Source: Catajapyx aquilonaris
Lineage: Eukaryota
Length of the DNA stretch: 32,124 bases
Reading direction: 5' to 3'
NCBI GenBank assembly: GCA_000934665.2
Contig: JYFJ02004444.1
Location: 1 to 32,124 of the forward strand
Made by a program: the position numbers and the translations under genes. Positions 1 to 12,123 of this stretch are shown here, in pieces; the stretch's first letter is position 1; every line of letters starts with the position of its first letter. The notes under the pieces are model-generated. The model did not search any database and was not told the origin of the DNA. It saw only the letters and a list, made by a program, of their open reading frames with translations.

Positions 1-74
1 GGGGGGGGGGAAGGGAGGGGTGAGGAGATGAGAACGTGGGGAAGGCAGGAGGAGCACCAGCATAACTGATGGAA

Positions 75-533
75 TTTCAAAGTAAAAAGTAATCCGTGGT
101 AAAAATGCCGCATCTGGTTAGCAGCAGCAGACTTCGTGAAAATAATTTTTTTTTAGCCTTTAGACTCAAAAAAGTGCCGTTTTCAGACTTATTCTGATGT
201 TTGTTTGACAAGCTCTACCAGCATACCAAATTTCAGCATCCTAGGACCACTGGAAGTTACGTATAATTTTGATGATAAGTCAGTGAGTCAGTGTCATATA
301 TTGGCCGTTTCGGGAGTTTTTAGGATTTTTTAAGTCGGAAATGAAAAGAGATATGAACATGGAAGTAAGGGGGCATTATTTTTAATCGATTTTTATCTAC
401 CCAAATAAAAATTTTGAAGCCACCTATCTTCACCAGTGTGAAGATTCGAGGGGGTCAAAATGACGTGAGTTGTGTCGGGTAAAGGTGGTCCGGCAGTGCG
501 GGGCGAACTTGGCGGGGGCACTGCCGTGCCCCC
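75..533. mobile_element. Possible non-autonomous rolling-circle (Helitron/HINE-like) repeat ending in a GC hairpin
   Basis: Hairpin GGGGGCAC-tgcc-GTGCCCCC at 514-533, plus agtcagtgagtcagt; resembles arthropod interspersed repeats. Boundaries and class uncertain. Confidence 0.3.
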
Positions 534-1672
534 TAATATAAGTGAAAATATTGCTTCATACCGGTATACCTCTTTAAGTGAGGTAATCTGGTATATGCGG
601 CAGTGTTATATCGAGATTTTACTGTAATATTCTGAACGGCAGTGAAAACCTGGACAACCTATCTTGAATAGAAACCACACAGCAGCATTTTTTCAAAACC
701 CTTGCAAATTCTCATTTTTGCTGGCCACAGCACTGAAGAAAAATGAGTGTAAATCCAAGATGGGAGCAGATAAAAAGTACCGCAACGGAGTTTTGAGCAA
801 GTCAATAGTAAGGCCACCCAAAGTGAAAATTTTAAAAATTGACAAAATGATCCAGCAACCATTTAATCCTGTACCACGCATTGTTGCCTGAGGCCAACAA
901 TTAATTTGCGCAGGCGCCATAAGCTTGAACGTTGGTCCTGGAAACCACAGTGTGGCATGATGTCACAGTTAGTTAGTTAGCTTCCGTAAGATGACGGCAA
1001 TGTCGACAAATGATACGATCAGGATACGGCGTGAAGCGGAGAGAAGCCAAGAACATTGAAAATGGCAGGAAGTTTGAATATGCTGAAGCAGCAATTGTTT
1101 CTGGAGCTGATTAGATATAGGTGCAGATATTAAATATCCAATAACATGTGTAAAACTGCAAGAGTAGCTCTCTCATTTGAGGCCATTTTAATTTTGCCAG
1201 CACAATTTCATCACAATTTTTTGGTGGCACAGGCACAATATTGCTTGAGGTTTGAGTCCTAAGTCATCGTGCGAATTTTTATTCAAAAACGGTAACATGT
1301 ACAGATATGACTATTACTACGAATTTAAGGTCCGGCGATTACAATTTGGACTGGAATATAGATGGCCCCGAGAACTCAAGGGGAGCCGGTAAACGAAAGG
1401 GGATTGTGACCTCCCCCCGCCACCCCGAGCTGCATGAGACGGTGAAATGTTGCCGGTTATGATCGCCTTTCACTTTCTGGCCCCCTTTCAATCGATTGTC
1501 CATATTAGTCCAGCAAATTATCTAATTGATTATACCAGTTAAGTCTTAGAGGAGCATTTACTTGATTCTTAAAATATTTTATAGCTCTATTGGGGAGTCT
1601 GTGTGGTTCCATTTTTTCAACTCTTCGTAGGTATTTCAATGCCAGCAAAATAATTTTGACCTTCAGTGGAGG

Positions 1673-2315
1673 TCAGCCCACCACCAGCCGAAGCAAATAA
1701 TTGGGTGATCTCCTGCCTGTCGCCAGTAGTTTCTTTAGGGGAGTAGTTTGGGCCCGTTCCAGTTTTGCCAGTAGGGACAGGCTCCAAATAGGTGCGGCAT
1801 ACATCGCTGTAGCTAATGCCGTAGCGTCAATAAATTTAAGTGTCGTTAATAATGACGGAGGTTTCGCCTGGATTAATGTTGGCCATGAGGTATTTAGTGC
1901 CATCGTCGCTTTGTTTAGTCTATCAGATAGTGCATTATTGAAAAGGCCTGATGAGGAAAATTTAATGCCCAAGTAGGTATATGTTGGGACAATTTCTAAG
2001 GGGGAACCCTCGAAGGTTAAGGTATCAGTGCCTGCGAGCTGTCCTCCCTTTCTAAATATAATTATTTTTGTTTTAGGAATGTTAATAATCAGTCCGTTTT
2101 CCCTCAAATATTTTCCTGTATGATTCTATAACTTCTGTAGGTATAATTTATTATCAGCTAGCAGCACGATATCATCAGCAAAAATTAATGCTTTGACATC
2201 ACTTTCATCTCCCTGCCATTGGATACCGTCCGTATTATGACTTATTAGCCAGGGAATAATATCGTGGAGATATATCAGGAATAAGATTGGCGAGAGGGGG
2301 GAGACCCTGTTATAG
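1673..2315 (-). pseudogene. Degenerate non-LTR retrotransposon (LINE) reverse transcriptase fragment
   Basis: Motifs LSPILFLIYLHDI, LIFADDIVLL, GLIINIPKTKIIIF and YTYLGIKF spread over disrupted ORFs 2126-2389 and 1673-2107. Confidence 0.88.
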
Positions 2316-2420
2316 GCGAGGCTGTTATATCCTGAGTAAACTGTATTACGATTTGAACTATGTGTGGTTCCCAAACAGCTCACGGACACTCGTATACCTT
2401 ATAGCTTATACATTGCTGTA

Positions 2421-2692
2421 AGTTTAGCTCTGCACCCCCACTGAGGGGGTTTGCCACGGGCGGCACTGGGATCAGGAGCCAAGTTAGGTGCGCCGCCACT
2501 AGCGGGAAATTCTTAAAGCACTTAGCTCAACTCCGATTGGCTGGGGTAGTATAGGAGGCCTTAACTACTCCAGCCTATCGAAGTCAACCCATATGGATGA
2601 CAATTTCCTGCTAGTGGCGGCGCACCTATCTTGGCTTCTGATCCCAGAGCCGCCCATGGCAAATCCCCTCGGTTGGGGAGCAGAGCTAAGCT
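2421..2692. repeat. ~270 bp near-complete palindrome (foldback/MITE-like)
   Basis: ttagctctgc...gatcaggagccaagttaggtgcgccgccactagc pairs with gctagtggcggcgcacctatcttggcttctgatc...gcagagctaa; inner stem cgattggctggggtagt / actactccagcctatcg. Confidence 0.85.
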
Positions 2693-3045
2693 CTCACCGA
2701 ATGGCGCATGGCGGGGAGTGAAATATGGCGTGAATCAATGTAGAAACCACTGATCAATCACTTAAAATCATTGGGAAAAAATAGCAGAATATTAAAAACC
2801 TGTGCTAGAGCACATCAAGTTTATTTATTTGTGATGATTTTGGGGGGAAGGAGGAATCATGAAAATTAGCATAATTTCTTCAGGCCATCTGGCTCCCCTC
2901 AGGCGTGCAGACCTATTGGTCAACCTCATTTTATACTGGCATTGCAGTGTGAATGATGATGGCTTATTTTTATGCACTGATTGTAACTAGGCTATATTGT
3001 TTCCTTTCCAAATTTATTTTAGGAGCCACGTTTTGGACGTGAGAA

Positions 3046-3694
3046 ATGATGAAGGGCGCAGCCAAATTGCCGCAGGCTACGAAGAAAGGGCTTGTAAAAC
3101 CAGCCAAAAGAGTAAAAGGCGATACATTAAAGAAGCCTGGCATAGAGGTGAAGATTTCCAACACTTCTCCTGCTAAGAGTTCTACTGAAGTGGGTACCAT
3201 CACAGACTGTGAAGGGGATTCCGAACCAACACCACAGGTGACAGGAAGGGTTCCAGATGATGCCAGAATTGATGAGCGAGAAGCCGCTTCTGTGGATATG
3301 TTATCCTCCAAAAGCTCAAAGAGGAAATGCAGTCAATCTCCAGCCAGAGAATTCTTGAGTAATGTGGAAGAACCTAACAGCAGCAGGCCCAAGAGGAAGA
3401 GACAGGCTCCCAAATGGATGAAAGAACATACGAGTGAAGGAAACAAGACTAAAGAAGATGAAAATGCTAGGCCAACAAGGGATAGAGGGCGATTGAGGAC
3501 AATGGAAGAACATGGGAGTGAAAGAAACAAGAAGAAAGACGAAAATACGAAGGGGGAAAACTTAGAAGGGGGAAGCCAGGTGGAAGAAGACAGACAAGAT
3601 AAGGGCTGTCATCAGCAGAAGACATCTTCCGGGAAGAGCAGGGGCAAATCAACGAGGTACTGCATGGTCTGCCAGATTTGTAAAAAAGAAGTTG
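3046..3694 (+). CDS. NSD: NSD/Mes-4-like histone-lysine N-methyltransferase, coding exon 1 (K/R/E/S-rich region, start of PHD1)
   Basis: Acceptor-like tttattttag ends at 3022; ATG at 3046; ORF ends in YCMVCQICKKEV, followed by donor G|GTGAGT at 3695 (phase 1). Joins in frame to 7344 to complete a PHD finger. Confidence 0.8.
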
Positions 3695-4065
3695 GTGAGT
3701 AACATTCATCCACCCTGAGGTGGTAATTTTAATCAAAGGTAAAATACATGTAGTAGATCAGAAAACCTGGATTTGTTTGAGGGATTAGGTCACAGAGGTT
3801 GCTGATGAGGAATATGCCAGTCAATTTCTTGTGGCTATTCTTTAAACTGTTTAAAGGAAGGGTCCATTCATTTTGCATGCTGACGTCTGAGGATCAGAAA
3901 ATACTCTGTTTTCAAATATGGTCAGTTTTGGTAGCAAACTTACCATAAGCATAAATTTCAAGGCAAAGTTGATTTTCTACTGTATGATGTGATTCCCAAT
4001 CTTGTAACTAGCTGGCAATGGCAGATAGTGAAGCTGGTTGGGATTGCAGGCAAGATAACCATGTC

Positions 4066-4526
4066 CAGGGGTGGGCAGGGTTCCGCTAATCAGCTAACCG
4101 CTAATAGCGGAAGTAGCCCGTACGAAAAGTTAAGTTGGACAAAAATGGGGGATAATGTTTCATCTTCTGATTTCAAAACTAATTAAGCAACGTTTAAACG
4201 ATAAATCTACCGCACCTGACATGACATTCGGACCGAGCGCTCAAGGTTATGGCGTGCACATGGGGGGTCCAGCAAAATCACCCAATTCTATGGTGAGCAA
4301 TGGGCTTCGGGCCAGTGTGACTTCGGATTGTGCCGACTGAGAACTGCTAAAGTGATGTCATTAGGAAAGCTAACAAACTACGCTAGAATATTCATATTGG
4401 CCAACAATCATCGTAAACGACGAAGGCTTTGTGAAAAGTGAGCTTCAAGTTGGGGGAATTAACTTTTTTATTTAGCGGATTAGTGGTTAGTGAAGCTAAA
4501 CTTTCTGTTAGGTGTGCCCACCACTG
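4066..4526. mobile_element. hAT-like MITE
   Basis: TIRs CAGGGGTGGGCA / TGCCCACCACTG; subterminal ccgctaa/ttagcgg repeats; degenerate 8-bp flanks accatgtc / gccatgct. Confidence 0.7.
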
Positions 4527-5016
4527 GCCATGCTTATAGATGAAAGTGGTGCAGGCAACTTTCACTTACATCCTGCCAGTCAGCCTATTTTAGATGGCTC
4601 AGGTTTGGAATTTTCATCTTCTGATAGCAAACCTGCATGCAGTGTGATGCAACATGCAATTGAATTGCCCAATAGAACGAGAGCCCATGTCAATCCTGCT
4701 TCAACCTGGACATGGGAACTTGTTCTATTGAGTGATTCAATTATAGTAAGAGAGAAATACTGTGGTGACTGCCAAGTTGTTAAAAAGTAAACAATGTTGG
4801 TTTATAGCGCAATTTCTGACTTGTCTGATTATCTTCCCCCAAATCTTGCCATCAGCACTTTATGACATTGTTCTTGTACTCACTGTGCACAACGCTTGTG
4901 AGATCTCAGCTTTCCTGTGACAACGAAGAGCTGAAAAGTGTGTGATAGGTTCGCTCAGTAGCCAGGTGGCAACGTTCTATAGGGTAGGAATACTAAAGAT
5001 GGTGCTGAATTATGAC

Positions 5017-5729
5017 TAGAGTCAGGATTTTTAGGCACAAAAAAAACCCTCCAATAGGCACGAAAAAACCTAAAATAGGCACAAAAAGGTTACTTCTTTG
5101 GGCATGCGGAGGATAATGTTACAGAAAATCAAAAAGCCATAATAATTTTATAGACCTAAATATAAGGTCGCAAACCAGAGCAAAAATCAAATAACAACGA
5201 TAAACTGACAGGAAATCACAAAACTTGGCCAAAAGACACAAGGTGCAAGCAAGTATCACTTGCTCTGAACTATACTGCTTTATATAGCCAGTTTCCACTT
5301 GCACCAGACTTGCACAGCAATATGCTGCCAAATATTTTTCCAATCAGGAAAATTTAGAAAAATATTTTGCATACGCGTCACGGAAACATGATTCGTATTA
5401 CTTCTGAACGATTTTGTTCCTTTCAGGAGCTCAACTCAGACTCCTCAAAAAACCAAACATGCCTTTGAATCAATAGGCCCGGAATAGGCCCAAAAAGTCC
5501 AGAAATTACTGCAAACAGTTCAAAAACTATCCTCAAAAAGGCCAAATATGCATGAAAAGTCGCAAAAAGGCAGATTAAGCAGCATAGTTCCCAAAACCAC
5601 GAAATGTCATTTTAGGCACTATAAAACATACATTTTCCACATCCTACACTTACGAAATGGATAGATCTCTTCACAAAACCATCCATGTTAAGGAACTAAA
5701 TAGGCATTTGCCTAAAAATCCTGACTCTA
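5017..5729. mobile_element. hAT-like MITE
   Basis: Perfect 21-bp TIR TAGAGTCAGGATTTTTAGGCA; ATTATGAC lies at 5009-5016 and 5732-5739 (right copy offset by 2 nt). Confidence 0.8.
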
Positions 5730-5832
5730 ATATTATGACAAGTGATTCAGTTGGGATGGTGACTATGTGGGAAAAAAGCATAAGAATGTTGGTAACTTTT
5801 GTAAGTATGATTTTTTATTTTTCATCACTCTT

Positions 5833-6207
5833 GGGGAGATGAAGTGGCGTCGCGGTAACGCGTGCGCCCACGGATATGAAGGTCTCGGGTTCAATCCCCA
5901 CCCGGGGTTCCCACCTTTATCCGTGCAGAGTTGGGCCATCTCTGGGTTCATTTCGGGTGGCAATTTCCGACAGACTAAGCCACCCGGGGGAGTTCACAAA
6001 ATGACCGTTAGAGACATTGCACATGCACTTTGCACATCCCCTCCCACCTACCCTTGGAGTACACTAATAAGATTCTTCCTAACTCACTCCAACAAATCCC
6101 GATGGTGGTAATTCCACCCCCCCCCCCCCCCCNNNNCCCCCCCCCCCCCCCCCCAAGGAGTAGATAGCTCCTCCCATCGGGTAATGTAAGGGGGGGGGGG
6201 AAAAAAA
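5833..6207 (+). mobile_element. tRNA-derived SINE, family A
   Basis: A box gtggcgtcgcggtaa, B box ggttcaatccc; homologous to copies at 16446 and 26853; TSD TCATCACTCTT (5822-5832, 6208-6218). Contains a poly-C run with Ns. Confidence 0.85.
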
Positions 6208-6359
6208 TCATCACTCTTGTTTTTCATTCACAGCTCATTGGAAGTTGATAGAAAAATGGCCCTCTTACAGGGCAGTTATCCATGGTACACCAATTTTGTG
6301 AGCCTTGTTGGATAAGCCTCGAGGAGAAATTTGACCAATATTTGGGTGGTTTTGACTAG

Positions 6360-7161
6360 CAAGGGAAGTGTCTGTAGGGGTATTGGCCAGAAAATGACAC
6401 TTGTAAATCGCAGGTCAGAAATTCATTGGTGAAAATAAAAAGTGCCACTAGCCAAGCATTTTCGAGACATGAGCGACGATAGGGGCACGGCAAACCTCCG
6501 ATCAGTCGGTAGAGCGTCCTCCTCATGTTCCAACGCCTCCCCGTGAGTGCGCATATTTACAATTTTCGCCCTTCCCGGCTGTTTAGCAACACTGCGAACA
6601 GGTTGACGTTGATATTTCTTTTCTCATTTATGTCCTTGTCAACTCGCAATAACGGCTCAATGAAACCGCAACTGTAAATGAACGCGTGTACAGGTCAACA
6701 AATAATTACGAAGGTACGCGAATAATTTATTATTTACTGAGCTTGTGACTATTCATTTTTTAATGTATATGAAGCCATGGAGAGAGTAGGTAAGCATCGG
6801 CAGAGGAAAAAAAAAAAAAAGTACTGCACTTCCAACAAGCTGTATTATTCCTGTTGATTGCAAAGGGGAAGATATGCGGTGGTAAACGGTATTGGGGAAA
6901 AAAGAAAACTATGCTCCAAGACCGGGGCGGGGGGAGGGGGAGGAGGAAGTCGCTTCCTGCGGACTTGAATGGGGAGACTGGAACATGAGGCGGACGCTCT
7001 ACCAACTGCGCGCAGGTTTGCCGTGCACCTATCGTCGCTCATATCTTGAAAACGCTTGGCTAGTGGCACTTTTTATTTTCACCAATGAATTTCTGGCCTG
7101 CGATTTACCTGAAGTGTCATTTTTGGGCTGATTGGCCGATACCCCACAGACACTTCCCTTG
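6360..7161. mobile_element. Non-autonomous DNA element with ~180-bp terminal inverted repeats
   Basis: caagggaagtgtctgt...agaaattcattggtgaaaataaaaagtgccactagccaagc... (6360-6542) is mirrored at 6971-7161. No clear TSD. Confidence 0.85.
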
Positions 7162-7343
7162 TAAGTGAAAGAGTCAGGAAAGCATTTCACACGCATGTCT
7201 AAACTGCCCAGGCATTCTCATGAAAAATATATGCATAACTTAATCAAACCCTCGTACATTACATGGGCTACATGTTGCTTCATGTGATATAGTGCTTATG
7301 TCTGAAAACAACATAACCTGACCTTCACTTGTCACCTTTGCAG

Positions 7344-8176
7344 TTGGCGGCAGTGATGAATTCCACCAGTGCAAGGGCAAATGTGGGAGGCATTTTCACC
7401 GGTCTTGTGTGGAGGACACCAGAGGCAGCAAGGAAGGCAACACTTGGTGTGAAGGGTGTTGTACTAACTCAGAGCAGTGTTTCATTTGTAAGAAAATTGA
7501 AGGTGATGCCAAACCTGTTCGCTGCTCAGTGCCAAAGTGCGGCCTGTACTATCATGAGGATTGTTTGCAACCATCACAGTGGCCCCAGAGCCGACCTATG
7601 GGAGCGTGCCCAATCCACGTATGCCATACATGCCATGAGGATGGTCGTGGGGTGAGCCCAACCTGGTATGACATGGAGAAGCCACTCATCAAATGCATCC
7701 AGTGTCCCACTGCATACCATGCAGGTATTCATTGCCTGGCTGCTGGTTCCCTGACTATTAGTCAGGGGCTTATTTTGTGCCCAAAACACATTTGGGTGGT
7801 TGAAGATGGAAAGAAGAAGCCTGTCAAATCTGATGCTAATATGGACTGGTGCTTCAAGTGCTTCGATGGTGGCAATTTGATATGCTGTGAAGGTTGCCCT
7901 GCTGCCTTTCATAAAGAGTGCCTAAACATTAAGGATGTGGAAGGAGAATGTTTCTGCAGCCTTTGCAATGGCGGGAAGTTCTATGCGTATGGTGATGTTG
8001 TGTGGGTGTCAGTGGATGGAAAGATGTGGTGGCCGGCGAGGATTGTACCCCCCGAGGAGATTCCAGAAACCGCCATGGCTCTGGAGCATGATTCGGGAGA
8101 GATTGCAGTTCGGTTATTTCGATCTCGTATCTTCCACTGGGTCCACCATAGAAGAGTCTTCTTATTTCAGAATGAA
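7344..8176 (+). CDS. NSD: NSD-like exon 2 (rest of PHD1, PHD2-PHD4, PWWP)
   Basis: Acceptor cctttgcag ends at 7343; phase-1 join reads VGGSDEFHQCKGKCGRHFHRSC...CFICK...CPIHVCHTC...CPTAYH...CPKH...WCFKCFDGGNLICCEGCPAAFHKEC...VWV...WWPARI. Donor GAA|GTGAGT at 8177 (phase 0). Confidence 0.93.
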
Positions 8177-8214
8177 GTGAGTATTCCAAAATTCCCATGT
8201 CTTAAAGCCAAATA

Positions 8215-8726
8215 CAGTTGACTCCTGATATAACAGATTTCAAGGGACCGTGGAAAAAAGTCTGTTATAACCAAGGTCTGTTATAACCAAATCACCACTT
8301 TTGCAACCTATACACAATGATTTCTGCTTTCCATATGCGTGTAATGCACAGTACTGCATTTATTAATGAAACTATCCACAAAAACAAAAAACTTGCTCGA
8401 ACCGTTAAATCAGGCATTACCAAAGAATGCGTAATTTTTTTCTGCCGTCTCCTTGCTGCCAAATATACTGGAAAAAGTATGGTTTTGAGTAGCTTAGATC
8501 AGTGACATACGAAAATCACCCCCGCTATGGGAAAGGAAGTTGCATTAAATCATAAACGCTGTATTTTCCCACCGACGGGCCAATAAATAGTCTGTTATAG
8601 CCAAGATGAGGTGAAAATGAGTCGTTATATCAGGAGTAAAAATACACAGGGCCTTCCTGGAAGTAGGATGGGATCGGCCTTTTGAGTCTGTTATGGCCAA
8701 GAGGCTGTTATATACGGAGTCAACTG
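8215..8726. mobile_element. Tc1/mariner-pogo-type MITE
   Basis: TIR CAGTTGACTCC..ATATAACAG at both ends, TA TSD, internal ctgttata repeats. A lone right end of the same family is at about 2307-2345. Confidence 0.88.
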
Positions 8727-9156
8727 TATATTTACAGCGAGTTATATTAAATTGTAATGTAATGAAAACTTGTTGGAAACCACTGTAATGCGACGGTTAA
8801 GGCATCGTCGTCGCCCAGGCTACTCAAATGATACTCAGTGGGTTCGGTTCACACAGGTGTTTTATTCTGAACTGCCCCCAAAAGGGGCTGGAGTACAAGT
8901 GTCCAAAAGGGAATCAGGGTGTGTTAAGGGTGGAGGGGGGAAAAGGGAAGGAGCGGAAGGCTCCTTCCAAGGGCCCCACCCACCAGGGGGGGGGAATAAC
9001 TGGGTCAGCCCCACCCCCTGGTCAGTGGGACGTCACAGTAATATCAAGGGAAGATATTGCCCCAACTATCAAGTTAATGGAAGTAATTGGTCCTCGGCCA
9101 AGTTGGGCCCCAACTTTATTAAATAAATCATAGAGGGGAGCTGTAGATCCTCAAAA

Positions 9157-9311
9157 ATCCCTATCCTTACCCATGTCCCTGTCTCCTTGCACCGGTGAGT
9201 GAAGAAAAATAGTATGTACACAGTTACTAGAAAACTGATGGTGGTGTACCACCCCCCTAAAATGGCTCCGCCTTATCACGGGTATAACATTAAGAAAATA
9301 ATAATAATAAT
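9157..9311 (+). mobile_element. 3' part of SINE family B (possibly with a different 5' head from ~8775)
   Basis: ccttgcaccgg...agaaaactgatggtggtgtaccacccccta...atcacgggta plus (AAT)n tail, matching 11448-11540 and 28690-28805. Confidence 0.7.
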
Positions 9312-9688
9312 ACGTAATGACAATAATTACAAAAATAACAAAAATCTAAGATTTCAAATATGTTGTCAGATTTGGAAACAAAAATGAAACGTGAGCATAA
9401 AATTTCAATTTGCTTGCATTGTCATTTGAGGGACGAGATGTGACTAATCTGGTGAGTCACATCGTCTAGTCTCTAGTGTCTAGGCTTGATCCGGAGGTCA
9501 TCTAGGGGACCCTCAGGTTGCCAAACCAAGCGGAGATGTAAATTCTTAAAGACGCAACAGGTGGCGCAGGGGGTGTGTTTCGCACCTATTCCAATTTTTT
9601 GTCACTCTCCTGCTATGACAAGAAGTATATGGGTCTGTAGCCCTGGTGCTGCTGAACAGACCAGTACACAAGCACAGGGCATGAATTA

Positions 9689-10230
9689 CAGTAAAACTTA
9701 GTATAAGTCGAAGTTCTCTATTAGTCGAAGAAAATGATGAGCTCGGTTGGTCACAATGTAAAATAATAGGAAATAAACTCGAAGTGCAGGCAGGGCCTTA
9801 CGATGGGATATCAATGCATTTTCAGTCTCCCTAAGTCGAAGTTCATGTTGGCGAGTATGGATAATTTTTTCATTTCCCAGCCGAAGGGTCGAGCGTAGGC
9901 CACGTGCACAGAAAGGCTCAATTTCCTGATCTCCGTCTACCAGACGCACCGAAAGAAGTGCTTGACTCGATTGTGACAATTGAATCCTTGAGTCTCAGAG
10001 TAGGCATATGTCCATAACAGATTTTTTTTACACCAAAACAATGAGGAACATTGTAAGCGTGATAGTGACAGTTATTTTTAGGTTTTGAACACCTTTCGTC
10101 GCTGGATGTGAAGTTAGGTTTCCTTATGGAGTTATGTGCTTAAAAATTTCAAACTTCTCTAACTCGAATCTTCCATAACTCGAAGTTTTTTTCCGGTCCC
10201 ATGGAGATTCGACTTATGGAAGTTTTACTG
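9689..10230. mobile_element. pogo/Tigger-type MITE
   Basis: TIR CAGTAAAACTT..ATAAGTCGAA, TA TSD; second copy at 21750-22166. Confidence 0.85.
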
Positions 10231-11208
10231 TACGTCACAGGATACGCATCCGAGCTACAGAGAGAAACATCCACCCCCACCAGAGGGCATGCTACACAGC
10301 TGTTCAAAAGGCTTACCGGGCTCCGGGCCCTCCATCTTGGGAAAGGCCGGGTGGGAGTGGCAATCCAGCGCAACTAATCGGCATTTACAAACATGATTTA
10401 TTTTAAAACTTTTGAATTATATTTTGCACAAATTTTAGGATGGAATCTCTTGATGAGGTTTGGAGGCAACTCTGTATGTCAAAATTTGCCGGCCAAAGTC
10501 ATGCACTTTTTTATAGGAAAGCTTTTTTCAGCAGCCACAAAAAGATGATGTCATTCAAGTTAATCTGGTTTATTTATGCAAGATTTTGTAGTCCAAAATT
10601 CGCGATTTATTTTTACGCGAAAGAAAATTTTTAAAAACCACACAAACCACGTTACATTGTGGGAAAACGCTATAGTTTCGCCAGCAGAATTTTTTAAAGC
10701 CAGCGTAACAGCATATGATTGTTACTCCCCTCTAATTAGGGATAAGATTGTTCAAAGACACAGCTCTATTTCTGACTATTTATTCAAGGGATTTTTTCCA
10801 TGTCCCAGTATTGTGAAGGTGGATCCAATGAAAACAAGAGAAGTGCAATTATTGATATTTATTTACAGGCAAAGCTGACGCTGTTTGAGATGTATAGTTG
10901 TGAACTGATGTCATGTCTCGTCCATAAGTTCCTAAGTTGTACAGTAGCTTTGGACATATGGTCGTCCCTCTCCCGATGTGCACCAAGGAGGAGGTGGAGA
11001 GAGGTGTTACTCAGTTTTGGCCATGGAATGGACAAAACCCATCCAAATGTATCAGTGAATGAAGGCACTGCTCAAATTCAGCATGTATCTTGTCACTTGT
11101 CTAAGAGTGTAAAATATTCAAGCAATATGAAAGTATTCCGACAGGTGCACCACTGCCAGGCCAATTGAATGGAGCCGCTCAATACCATTGCATATAATTT
11201 ATTTAAAA

Positions 11209-11575
11209 GGGGGGCGGCACGGTGGCCGAGATGGTAACGTCTCGGCTTGCTATGCGAAAAGTCCCGGGTTCAAATCCCCACCCGGGAACAAACCTTTCGC
11301 TTGCGTCAATGGGTCGTGACCCGCGCCTAAGGAGGCGTCTTGGCAACCTGACCTCCTGGGGAACTGCACCTGGCCACCGCTGGACAATGGACCTGCACAG
11401 TGTCCCCTCCCCAAAACCCCCCAACCCTCACCCCATTTCCTAGTATTCCTTGCACCGGAGTTCGAAGATAAGCCATTAAGAAAACTGTATGGTGGTCTGC
11501 CACCCCCCTATAACGGCCTAGGGTTGTATCACGGGGTAAATAAAATTTTAAAAAATATATAAATAAATAAATAAA
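11209..11575 (+). mobile_element. tRNA-derived SINE, family B
   Basis: A box gtggccgagatgg, B box ggttcaaatccc, A-rich tail; TSD atataat(t/g)tatttaaaa; homologous to 28480-28844. Confidence 0.88.
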
Positions 11576-12123
11576 ATATAATGTATTTAAAAGCCTTTTG
11601 TCAATTTGGGTTGGGGTGGGGTGGCATCAACTGCCATGCCCTACAATGTAACATGCATTTGGCGCAGTGTAGCCATTGGTGCTGTTACGCCAAAAACATC
11701 TCGATCGATCAATCAACCCACGCCACTGGAACTCCCTTTTTTTCATATAGGTTTCTTCCTCAGACCCCTTTGACCTCAGAGGGACATATCAGTAGATAGG
11801 TGGGGTGCCACTTTGCTTTAGCTGCGGCGTTTGGCCCATTTCTGTAGTTCCTTTAACCAACAGGCGACACACAGCAAATCTGGTGGCAGAACACGGTGAA
11901 CCAAGATTCCCAAACTGCCATATCAAATCTAGTGGGCATGGTCCGTTCGTTCCTTTGCATGACTGGGGCTTGTTCGCATCCACATTCTCATGATCTGTTC
12001 TGAATAATAGTAATAATTTTCGCTGAAGCGTAGGGGTGTCGTTCCATACGCTTAGGCGATCAGCGGCTGGTGGGACTCTGAAGATCCACGCGATAAGAGG
12101 GCGAGTTGCCAGACCTGTATATA

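Noticed and set aside
5412..5470. Acceptor-like ttttgttcctttcag as an extra NSD exon
   Set aside because: Lies inside a MITE; exons 1 and 2 already join in frame into a complete PHD finger.
6118..6200. Poly-C/poly-G runs as G-quadruplex elements (also window ends and 27285-27306)
   Set aside because: They coincide with Ns and breaks, so lengths are unreliable. The LINE frameshift at G-run 20060-20071 may likewise be an artefact.
10800..11160. Possible very old LINE RT remnant (minus strand); similar hint at 14650-14960 (plus strand)
   Set aside because: Only faint motif echoes; needs a translated profile search.
11209..11290. tRNA gene calls for the SINE heads (also 5833, 16446, 26164, 26853, 28480)
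   Set aside because: A/B boxes continue into shared non-tRNA bodies with tails and TSDs, and no clean cloverleaf is evident.
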